Shown: one piece after another, positions 53,101-62,664 of the stretch | Layout: every line of letters starts with the position of its first letter | How positions within the stretch are numbered: the stretch's first letter is position 1 | From: Macrostomum hystrix | Taxonomy: Eukaryota; Animalia; Platyhelminthes | Direction of reading: 5' to 3' | DNA length: 64,000 bases | NCBI GenBank assembly: GCA_950097015.1 | Contig: CATNEN010000029.1 | Span: forward strand, 3,472,001-3,536,000 | Notes under the pieces: model-generated | Told to the model about the DNA's origin: nothing | What the model saw: only the letters and a program-made list of their open reading frames with translations | Databases searched by the model: none | Made by a program: the position numbers and the translations under genes

Positions 53101-56100
53101 CGGGGGGGCTGAGGTTCCGTTGGGTTCCTTCGAGGCTATACCTGAAGGCTTCCCAATCGGTATTCCTAGCGTTCCTTTTCCAAGTGATCTGGTTAGTGCA
53201 GCGTGCACCCGCCAGTTGGAAAGAGATGTATTTGTGATCGGAGAGGGAGGTCTCCGGCAGAACCTGCCACTCCCTAAGGCTCTGGTAGAGCCCAGGTGTG
53301 GCTAGAGTGGCGTCGATGACCTCAGACCATCGTCCATTGTCAAATGTCGGGGTGCTCCCTGTGTTGCAGAACTCCAGAGGCGTGGTTAGGATGTAGGCAA
53401 GGAGGTCCTCGCCTCTCGAGTTAATGTCAGAGCTCCCCCAGTGGGTGTGGTGGGCGTTTATATCGCCAGCCACCATGAGCTCATAGTTTTTGGTAGCGCA
53501 GGTTTCAGTCAGAGAGATCAGCTCCTCAGGGACTGCCGGCCTGTCGCCCGGTAAATAAACCGAGGCGATTAAGACGGTTTTGCCTGGGAGGATGCTCTCC
53601 GTCTGGATGACACAGGTGTCCCGATCAGAAAGGTCGGGTCTGTACCAGGCGTTGAGGGAGTCTCTCACGAGGATGCACGCCCTGGGATTTTGGTTCTCCC
53701 GGTGACGGCTGTTGTAGAAGCAGTGATACCCATTGGGTACATTTTGAGGCTTACCTTTATGAGTCCACGGCTCCTGGACGAGGATGAGACCCGGCGTGTT
53801 GAGCTCGACATAGCGCATCAGATTGACGGATGCAGCTATGCAGTGTTGCAGGTTGACCTGCAGGCAGGTAGTCCCAGTCTGGCCGATCATGGTCCAGCGG
53901 GAGACTCCTTGAGCAGCTCGTCCTCCTCAGACGGGGTCGGGCTGCAGACCTCCATGAGTAGCGGCGCGCCCGCATCCGCTGTGGAGGGAACGGCGGGAAT
54001 CGCTGCGGAAAGCTGCTGCTCTGACCGCTGCGTGTCCCGGCCGCTCCACCCAACAACGGTGCAGTCGCTGCCATCACTCGACGCCTCGCTCTCGGGGGTC
54101 GGGTCCGTGTGGATGGCGGCCTCCTTCCAGTGAGGGAGATCCTCAGACCAGTCGGTGGCCACCGCTCCGTGGGTCCCGGCACTCTGCGGCTGGCTAGGGG
54201 GGGAGGAGGTTTGCGCTTTTGCAGCGCGGGAGCGCTCCAGGTGCTCTTTGAGCGCCCGGGCTTCGCTGAGCGCCCGCAAGACCAGGCCCGATTTGCGGTT
54301 GTTGCGGGCTGGTCTACGATCTCGGGGGCCGGATTCGGCGACGCGGATATTTTTGCCCGGGCGGGGGTCTACGGACGTCGCATGCCGCTTAGCTGGCGGA
54401 GCTTTCGCCCCAGGGCCAGGAGCGGTCCGCTTGTTTTCCGGTCCCTCCCCGGCCTTCCTCTCCTGACAATCCAGGATGGTCAGCGGGTAGAGTCCCGGTT
54501 TGATAACGCTCTTGTGAGGGATCCTTTTGGACCAGGCTTCGGAGAAGCCGTAGATCGCCGTGAAACCCTCCGCTCCTTTGCGGACGGTCTCGTGGCAGAT
54601 CAGCCCGGAGGCTGGGAGGTCCGGGTTCATCTTCAGCAGCAGCTGCCGAAGTTGGTCCCCGGACCGGATTGAGCAGGCGTCGGGGACCCAGACGCGATGG
54701 CGTCGGGTCCGTGGACGCTCAGACTCGGTGGTGCACCTCAGTCTTCCGACATCGGTGCTCCACTTGAAATCTTTGATCCGATCGCGCAGTAGACGGCTAT
54801 CCCCGGCCGATTTGCACCAGAGGAGGACAGCCCCCTCCTGCGCTTCAGACCTGACAACGCTGACTGGTGTCCCAGCCAGTGCCAGGTCCGTGAGGCCCTC
54901 GTCGATGGTTTTGAGCATGCTCTTGAGCTGCTCGTCCGAGAGGTCCTGTTCCTCGCCGACCACAATGATGGCCGGCTGGGCAGGCTCCCGCTTGGCTTTG
55001 GAGGCGTAAGTCTCCTTGGCCTTGCTGGCGTTGGACGTGCCGGCCTTGTGAGTGGTGGTGGCCGTGATGGCGCTGGGGGCGGCGGCTCCAGAAGGCCCTG
55101 CTGCGCCTTCCACGCTCTTCCCATCGGCGTCGGTGCTGGCCTTGGAGATGGTGATGGCCGGCGCGGCGGTGGGGGCGGCGGATCCAGGTGGCCCGGCCGC
55201 ATTTTTCGCACCCGCCTCCTGTGCAGGTGTCGGGCGCCCACCAGTCGCAGCCGCCGCAGCATTGCGGCGGCGTTCGTTGCGCTTCTGGTTGCGCCTAGCA
55301 CGCGCTTCCTCCGAGCGTTTGCGGCTCGGGTTGCGCTTATTTTGGTCGACGATTCCGGTGGCGGGATTCTCAGACCCACCGGCTACACCGAGGACGTGGG
55401 ACCTGCCAGTGGCAGCGTCCGGAGCGGCCGAGTTTTCGGTTTCGATTGAAGAAATGGGCGAGGCCATGGCTGAAAAGCGGGTGGGGGGCTGCTCGTTAAC
55501 GAGTGAGAAAAGCCCGACTGGCCGACACCCCAAGCCAGCCGGGAGCAACAGAGAGAGTGAAACACCGTTAGCGGCTGGAATACTCCCCAGCCAAAGCGCG
55601 GACCAAGGTCCGGCAAACGCCCAACAGCACGGATGCACTGGGGACATTAGAGGGCACCAAATGGCCGGAAACCGGGGCCTGCGGAGCTGGCCGCATACCC
55701 TGTTAAGGTCGAAGGGTGACACCTTTCCCTCAGAGCCGTAGCCAGAGGTACCTGATCACGCACAGGTGCACGAACGCTGCGGACTGGCCGCATACCCTGT
55801 TAAGGTCGAAGGGTGACACCTTTTCCTCAGAGCCGTAGCCAGAGGTACCTGATCACGCACAGGTGCACGAACGCTGCGGACTGGCCGCATTCCCTGTTAA
55901 GGTCGAAGGGTGACACCTTTCCCTCAGAGCTGTAGCCAGAGGTACCTGATCACGCACAGGTGCACGAACGCTGCGGACTGGCCGCATACCCTGTAAAGGT
56001 CAGAGGGTGACACCTTTCCCTCCAGCCGGGGCTAGAGGTACCCAGTTTGGCCAGAGGCCCTGGATGGGTCATCCAGCGCTGTTGCCCATTCTGTCCGGCA

Positions 56101-59100
56101 GCCCTAGGGTCAGCCTTGAACACTCGCGGGACGTGTACCCATGGGTCAGCTGACGGGACAGCGTGGAGGGATTCCTGCACCCGAAGGCACAGGGCTCCTT
56201 CCTGCCAGGCCTGCTCAAAAAGCGACTGAAGGTATGAGGCATCGCAGACCTTAGCCCGTGGGCCTGGTCTGACTCATACCTCACAGGCGCTGTGTCCCGC
56301 CGGTGCGAGCGGGGGGGGGAGCTGCTGACACACTGGAGTATCAGGGGAGCTGCTGGCACACTGGAGTATCAGGGGAGCTGCTGACACACTGGGGTATCAG
56401 GGGAGCTGCTGACACACTGGAGTATCAGGGGAGCTGCTGACACACTGGGGTATTAGGGGAGCTGCTGGCACACTGGAGTATCAGGGGAGCTGCTGACACA
56501 CTGGGGTATCAGGGGAGCTGCTGACACACTGGAGTATCAGGGGAGCTGCTGACACACTGGGGTATCAGGGGAGCTGCTGACACACTGGAGTATCAGGGGA
56601 GCTGCTGACACACTGGAGTATCAGGGGAGCTGCTGACACACTGGAGTATCAGGGGAGCTGCTGACACACTGGGGTATCAGGGGAGCTGCTGGCACACTGG
56701 AGTATCAGGGGAGCTGCTGACACACTGGGGTATCAGGGGAGCTGCTGACACACTGGAGTATCAGGGGAGCTGCTGACACACTGGGGTATCAGGGGAGCTG
56801 CTGACACACTGGAGTATCAGGGGAGCTGCTGACACAGGCGTATCAGCTGCTGACACAGGCGTATCAGCTGCTGACACAGGCGTATCAGCTGCTGACACAG
56901 GCGTATCAGCTGCTGACACAGGCGTATCAGCTGCTGACACAGGCGTATCAGCTGCTGACACACTGGAGTATCAGGGGAGCTGCTGACACACTGGAGTATC
57001 AGGGGAGCTGCTGACACACTGGGGTATCAGGGGAGCTGCTGGCACACTGGAGTATCAGGGGAGCTGCTGACACACTGGGGTATCAGGGGAGCTGCTGACA
57101 CACTGGAGTATCAGGGGAGCTGCTGACACACTGGGGTATCAGGGGAGCTGCTGACACACTGGAGTATCAGGGGAGCTTCTGACACACTGGAGTATCAGGG
57201 GAGCTGCTGACACACTGGGGTATCAGGGGAGCTGCTGGCACACTGGAGTATCAGGGGAGCTGCTGACACACTGGGGTATCAGGGGAGCTGCTGACACACT
57301 GGAGTATCAGGGGAGCTGCTGACACACTGGGGTATCAGGGGAGCTGCTGACACACTGGAGTATCAGGGGAGCTTCTGACACACTGGAGTATCAGGGGAGC
57401 TGCTGACACAGGCGTATCAGCTGCTGACACAGGCGTATCAGCTGCTGACACAGGCGTATCAGCTGCTGACACAGGCGTATCAGCTGCTGACACACTGGAG
57501 TATCAGGGGAGCTGCTGACACACTGGAGTATCAGGGGAGCTGCTGACACACAGGAGTATCAGGGGAGCTTCTGACACAGGAGTATCAGGGAAGCTACAAC
57601 AATGTTAAATTGCTAGCAAGGTGCACTCTCACATAAACTTCCTCTGCGACACTTGAAGGCTGCTACTGCCATCTTCCATGATCATCTGCAACGACATCAT
57701 GGCGTACATGTTCGGCTTCTTCTTCGGCAAGACGCCCCTAATAAAACTGTCACCGAAGAAGACCTGGGAAGGCTTCATCGGCGGCGGCCTCTCGACCATT
57801 GTATTCAGCGTACTGCTGAGCAACTTTCTCATCCAGTTCGACTGCTTCGTCTGCCCACTAGAGTACGATGAAGTCAGCGACGCTGTCAGCCTCAACTGCG
57901 TCCGCCACTGGATCTTCGAGCGCTCCACCTTTCACATTCCGGTTGTTGGCAAACTGGTGAGCCCTGGTGCAGTGTGTGCTACTGCAGTCAGCTGAATGTG
58001 TGCAGTGTGTGCTACTGCAGTCAGCTGAATGTGTGCAGTGTGTGCTACTGCAGTCAGCTCAGTGTGTGCAGTGTGTGCTACTGCAGTCAGCTCAGTGTGT
58101 GCAGTGTGTGCTACTGCAGTCAGCTCAATGTGTGCAGTGTGTGCTACTGCAGTCAGCTCAGTGTGTGCAGTGTGTGCTACTGCAGTCAGCTCAGTGTGTG
58201 CAGTGTGTGCTACTGCAGTCAGCTCAGTGTGTGCAGTGTGTGCTACTGCAGTCAGCTGAATGTGTGCAGTGTGTGCTACTGCAGTCAGCTCAGTGTGTGC
58301 AGTGTGTGCTACTGCAATCAGCTGAATGTGTGCAGTGTGTGCTACTGCAGTCAGCTGAATGTGTGCAGTGTGTGCTACTGCAGTCAGCTGAATGTGTGCA
58401 GTGTGTGCTACTGCAGTCAGCTGAATGTGTGCAGTGTGTGCTACTGCAGTCAGCTGAATGTGTGCAGTGTGTGCTACTGCAGTCAGCTGAATGTGTGCAG
58501 TGTGTGCTACTGCAGTCAGCTGAATGTGTGCAGTGTGTGCTACTGCAGTCAGCTGAATGTGTGCAGTGTGTGCTACTGCAGTCAGCTCAGTGTGTGCAGT
58601 GTGTGCTACTGCAATCAGCTGAATGTGTGCAGTGTGTGCTACTGCAGTCAGCTGAATGTGTGCAGTGTGTGCTACTGCAGTCAGCTGAATGTGTGCAGTG
58701 TGTGCTACTGCAGTCAGCTGAATGTGTGCAGTGTGTGCTACTGCAGTCAGCTGAATGTGTGCAGTGTGTGCTACTGCAGTCAGCTGAATGTGTGCAGTGT
58801 GTGCTACTGCAGTCAGCTCAGTGTGTGCAGTGTGTGCTACTGCAGTCAGCTCAGTGTGTGCTACTGCAGTCAGCTCAGTGTGTGCTACTGCAGTCAGCTC
58901 AGTGTGTGCTACTGCAGTCAGCTCAGTGTGTGCAGTGTGTGCTACTGCAGTCAGCTCAGTGTGTGCAGTGTGTGCTACTGCAGTCAGCTCAGTGTGTGCT
59001 ACTGCAGTCAGCTCAGTGTGTGCTACTGCAGTCAGCTCAGTGTGTGCAGTGTGTGCTACTGCAGTCAGCTCAGTGTGTGCAGTGTGTGCTACTGCAGTCA

Positions 59101-62100
59101 GCTCAATGTGTGCTGTGTGCTTCTATGCAGCGTCTAGTTTTTTATATTTAGAACAAAGCAGAGTTTGTACTTCATATATTAATAAATGTACTGCATAAAT
59201 ATCTATACGTTGTCTGCCTGTCCGATGAAGTGAGCTGACTGGTTTGTACGGTCACATGCATTAGCGTAGCTATTCCGTAGCTACAGCTTGCTATAAGTAC
59301 TTGCTGGTTCAGTGCACTTATACTGCAAACTTTTCTTCCCTTGCTATGATAGAAACCGTCTTCCCATGCTGTCTGGCGGGAAACAGCAATAGAGATTAGG
59401 CCTTCTGTCCAACAACCCCGCATCCCATCCAAGAAGGCAGGCTGATTCGTGACGAGGCCTTGCAGAGCAGCTAGATTTCCTTTGGTAGAATTATTGCGTG
59501 TCTCAGTATTCTCAGTTTTTCTCTCAACTTGTCATTTTTTCTATGTACGAAGCATACACAATATTATCATGAGAGACAAGTCTGCCCATTCCGCTGTACA
59601 CTCACTGTGCCTTGGAGGTTTGGCTCTGATTTGCGTAAATTGCACGACAAGCTCCCAAGCCTTCTCTCTGCGGCTGCGCAACAAATGAATGTGGCCTCTC
59701 CGCGGAATCGAGCTCAGGAACCTTGGTGCGAGAGGCACATCCTTTCTATGTGCAAAGCCACAAGTTTTGTAGGGAGTTGTAGCCTAGTGAGAGGGTTACA
59801 TCCTAGTGATGGGGTTGTATCCCTAGTGATAGAGTTGTAGCCTAGTGATAGGGTTGTAGCCCAGTGAGGGGGTTGTGGCCTAGTGAGGGGGTTGTAGCCC
59901 AGTGAGGGGGTTGTAGCCCAGTGAGGGGGTTGTAGCCCAGTGAGGGGGTTGCAGCCTAGTGAGGGTTTTGAGGGTTTTGTTGGCTAGTGAGGGGGTTGTA
60001 GCCCAGTGAGGGGATGTAGCCCAGTGAGGGGGTTGCAGCCTAGTGAGGGTTTTGAGGGTTTTGTTGGCTAGTGAAGGGGCTGTAGCCCAGTGAGGGGGTT
60101 GTAGCCCAGTGAGGGGTTGTAGCCCAGTGAGGGGGTTGTAGCCTAGTGAGGGGGTTGTAGCCCAGTGAGGGGGTTGTAGCCCAATGAGGGGGTTGTAGCC
60201 TAGTAAGGGGTTTGCAGCCTAGTGATGGCAGGTGTAAATAATTTTTTTAAGATTTTAAATTATTGACTAGATGCAATCCTGTTACTTTGGTACGCAGAAA
60301 AGCAAACAGACAGCGCTGGTCTGTGAGTCCTATACCGCATTGATGCGATTCGCGTGTCCTGTCGATTTTTTGCCGCATTCTGTGACGAATAATTCAATAG
60401 CTAGGCAGAGAGCTTAGGGAAGATCCCCGTCAATGTGCTCATGAAGATATCACCTATGCTATAGGAAATGTCTAGTTAGTGAGAATTAGCAACTCTTTGA
60501 GAATAAGGCTGAATCTTCGCACAATGCGTGGGACACGCCCAACGGTGTTTTTTTAGAATAGCAATTGTACAGTGAGGAACGTCAGTCAACCAATTGTGTT
60601 CACCGAGCAGGCCAGGGCAAGAGATGCTCGGCTCGTCTTATCCCTGCTCGGCTCGCCCAGCCACTTCTTCCCTTGATAGTTTTTCGTCTCCGCACACTTA
60701 AAAGTACTTTTACTTGGGCCGGCTCTTCCTTTGATCCTGGCGTCAACACCGTTTCGCAAGAAGAGGCCAGGCCGACTGATGTGTAAAAACAGGAACTGGA
60801 TGGGGATTTGGGATTTAGGATGGCAGGAGACAGAGCTGAGGGGAGAGAATGGGAACTGGATGGGGATTTGGGATTTAGGATGGCAGGAGACAGTGCTGAG
60901 GGGAGAGAATGGGAACTGAGTGGGGATTTGGGATTTAGGATGGCAGGAGACAGTGCTGAGGGGAGAGAATGGGACTGGATGGGGATTTGGGATTTAGGAT
61001 GGCAGGAGACTGCTGAGGGGAAAGAATGGGACTGGATGGGGATTTGGGATGGCAGGAGACAGTGCTGAGGGGGAGAATGAGAGGGGGAGAGGGGGAGGAT
61101 GGGGATTTGGGTCTGTGTGTCGTGTGCCGGATGAAAGCATAGGAAAGGAAGGAAATCGGGTAGTAGCATCAGGCAAAAGGTTCTGAGCTACTGGGTCCGA
61201 GTAGAAGAAAGTGCAAGGCAAATAGACGGGATTTGGCTGGACCAGCGCTGGTCGTCCTCTAATTCAGGGGATTCCAAGATTTTATGCCTCCGCGCTCCGG
61301 GTCATAACTCTCTAATCCGATTCTTATGGCCGTTCAGTGACACCCATTTGTAATGCGCAATGGTATACTTTTCAGTAACTAGGGCTTTATTTGCTTAAAA
61401 TTAAATTCCTCACGAATATCAATAGTACCCGTACCTTCCTTATGAATTCAGTGGCTATTTTTTATGTACGTTGTACGCTTTTATCGATTGCTTGTGCTAC
61501 TGGATGTTAGTGCGTTTCTGTAGTGTTAATTCATTGAGATGTCTCAGTAGAATTGAGTTGTCTCAATAGAATTGAGATGTCTCAATAGAATTGACCTGTC
61601 TCAGTAGAATTGAGTTGTCTCAATAGAATTGAGATGTCTCAATAGAATTGACCTGTCTCAGTAGAATTGAGTTGTCTCAATAGAATTGAGATGTCTCAAT
61701 AAAATTGACCTGTCTCAGTAGAATTGAGTTGTCTCAATAGAATTGTGATGTCTCAATAGAATTGAGATGTCTCAGTAGAATTGACCTGTCTCAATAGAAT
61801 TGAGGTGTCCCAATACAATTGAGTTGTCTCAGTAGAATTGAGTTGTCTCAGTAGAATTGAGGTGTCTGAGTAGAAACTAGTTGGAAGCATCTGTAGTGTT
61901 AGATAGTGCTAGAAATCTACTCTTACAGTAGAACCGTTGCTCAACCAGCGCAGTTCGGCGAACATTCCCGCAGCTGTTCCTGTCGTCCATTCCGTGGTAC
62001 CCGTTCTACTGGCACAGCATCATCATGGCCACCTTCGCCTCCTTTGTCGGCCCTTTCGGCGGCTTCTTCGCCTCCGGTTTCAAGCGCGCCTTTAAAATCA

Positions 62101-62664
62101 AGGACTTCGGCGACCTGATCCCCGGCCACGGTGGCATGACTGATCGCTTCGACTGTCAGATCATCATGGGCACCTTCGTCTACGTCTACTTCCAGACTTT
62201 TATCATGTGAGGAGGGTGATGGACGGGGTGGTTTTAAAAGACGGTTGTGATAAAGGGCAAATTTTTTTTGCTGGCGGTTGGTGATGGATGGCGGAGGTGA
62301 TGGATGGCGGTTGGTAATGGATGGCGGAGGTGATGGATTGCGGTTAGTGATGAATGACGGGGGTGATGGATGGTGGGAGTGATAAATTGCGGGGATGGTT
62401 GATAGCGGCGTGAAGGCTGGACTGAGTGAATGAAGGCGTGGATCGTGTATGGGTTGAATGAGATAGTGGTGGGGTGACGTAACCCTGAGTAGGCAGTCCT
62501 CAGACACACAGCCCCGCTGGTTCTGTATCCGCAGGGTGACGTCGCCGCACCACCTGCTGCGCCAGGTGTACTCACTGAGGCCAGAGGACCAGCTGAAGTT
62601 CTACGAGGCCCTGACTGACGGCCTGACCAAGCGAGGCATGCTCAACGCCACAATGGGAATCTGA
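47104..62664 (+). CDS. CDS: Phosphatidate cytidylyltransferase (CDP-diacylglycerol synthase); exons 47104-47193, 48503-48757, 49182-49358, 49698-49817, 49892-49974, 57659-57956, 61974-62206, 62535-62664
   Basis: Motifs [54 protein letters not shown] and [37 protein letters not shown] match CDS1/CDS2. All junctions are GT-AG and in phase. Confidence 0.95.
47761..48370. mobile_element. Probable hAT-type MITE in CDS intron 1
   Basis: Ends CAGTTTTGGG and CCCAACACTG (9/10 inverted match). Flanking 8-mers AAATTACT and AAAATACT match at 7/8. Internal GTATTG/CAATAC/GATAC subterminal motifs recur. Confidence 0.5.
48771..49121. repeat. 36-bp minisatellite (CTGAAGTATCGGGGTGTAGCTGTGACAACTGACTCA)n in CDS intron 2
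   Basis: About 10 units starting 13 nt after the donor at 48758. Confidence 0.95.
50190..53890 (-). CDS. E2 ORF2: APE endonuclease, reverse transcriptase, RNase H and C-terminal Zn-knuckle-like domain; one -1 frame break near 50670
   Basis: QVNLQHC, VQEPW, GDINAH, SDH (APE); [47 protein letters not shown] (RT); YTDGS, E..AI, DSQAAL, WIPGH.G..GNE.AD (RNase H). The tail LTGHG...CPFC...ED..H..C.C lies in the -1 frame and ends at 50190. Confidence 0.93.
53887..55467 (-). CDS. E2 ORF1 (gag-like, no obvious CCHC knuckle; resembles the DUF4780-type ORF1 of LOA-like elements, from memory)
   Basis: Open frame from the ATG at 55467 (MASPI...) to the TGA at 53889-53887, homologous to E1 ORF1. Confidence 0.85.
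   Translation of the reverse strand: MASPISSIETENSAAPDAATGRSHVLGVAGGSENPATGIVDQNKRNPSRKRSEEARARRNQKRNERRRNAAAAATGGRPTPAQEAGAKNAAGPPGSAAPTAAPAITISKASTDADGKSVEGAAGPSGAAAPSAITATTTHKAGTSNASKAKETYASKAKREPAQPAIIVVGEEQDLSDEQLKSMLKTIDEGLTDLALAGTPVSVVRSEAQEGAVLLWCKSAGDSRLLRDRIKDFKWSTDVGRLRCTTESERPRTRRHRVWVPDACSIRSGDQLRQLLLKMNPDLPASGLICHETVRKGAEGFTAIYGFSEAWSKRIPHKSVIKPGLYPLTILDCQERKAGEGPENKRTAPGPGAKAPPAKRHATSVDPRPGKNIRVAESGPRDRRPARNNRKSGLVLRALSEARALKEHLERSRAAKAQTSSPPSQPQSAGTHGAVATDWSEDLPHWKEAAIHTDPTPESEASSDGSDCTVVGWSGRDTQRSEQQLSAAIPAVPSTADAGAPLLMEVCSPTPSEEDELLKESPAGP
55680..56043 (-). promoter_or_regulatory. Array of 97-nt monomers in the E2 5' UTR (about 3.7 copies)
   Basis: Unit starts on the + strand at 55687, 55784, 55881 and 55978; a regulatory role is inferred. 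Confidence 0.7.
56078..56310 (-). ncRNA. Predicted HDV-like self-cleaving ribozyme at the 5' end of LINE E2
   Basis: P1, P1.1, P2, P3, P4 and C-A-G-A J4/2 can all be formed. G1 is the element's first base. Confidence 0.75.
56316..57590. repeat. 28-bp minisatellite (GGAGTATCAGGGGAGCTGCTGACACACT)n with blocks of a 21-bp derivative
   Basis: Tandem units; one partial unit also lies left of E2 at 50058-50081. Confidence 0.97.
57968..59110. repeat. 33-bp minisatellite (GCAGTGTGTGCTACTGCAGTCAGCTGAATGTGT)n with 24-bp derivatives, CDS intron 6
   Basis: Begins about 11 nt after the donor at 57957. Confidence 0.97.
59590..59750 (-). mobile_element. SINE family B copy
   Basis: Minus strand TGCCTCTCGCACCAAGGTTCCTGAGCTCGATTCCGCGGAGAGGCCAC...AGAAGGCTTGGG...CTCCAAGGCACAGTGAGTGTAC matches 32445-32616. 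Confidence 0.75.
59778..60227. repeat. 19-bp minisatellite (GGGGGTTGTAGCCYAGTGA)n
   Basis: About 22 units; the unit equals the first 17 nt of SINE family A. Confidence 0.95.
60791..61110. repeat. 60-bp G-rich tandem repeat
   Basis: GGAACTGGATGGGGATTTGGGATTTAGGATGGCAGGAGACAG... recurs at 60792, 60852, 60912 and about 60972. Confidence 0.9.
61534..61875. repeat. 19-bp quasi-palindromic minisatellite (ATTGAGATGTCTCAATAGA)n with 57-bp trimer periodicity
   Basis: GAGTT/GAGAT/GACCT variants alternate in order. Confidence 0.93.
62250..62400. repeat. Degenerate GATGGATGGCGG-type repeat in CDS intron 7
   Basis: Short imperfect units. Confidence 0.7.

Larger units (their letters stand above)
50082..56310 (-). 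mobile_element. Full-length, nearly intact non-LTR retrotransposon E2 (LOA/I-group-like) in CDS intron 5
   Basis: 14-bp TSD GGGGAGCTGCTGAC at 50068-50081 and 56316-56329. Same 5' start (GCTCGCACCGGCGG) and TAAGTCAAGTAA-type tail as E1. Two long ORFs. Confidence 0.96.

Noticed and set aside
57967-59198. 394-aa and 387-aa Cys-rich ORFs
   Set aside because: They are intronic 33-bp minisatellite, not a metallothionein-like gene.
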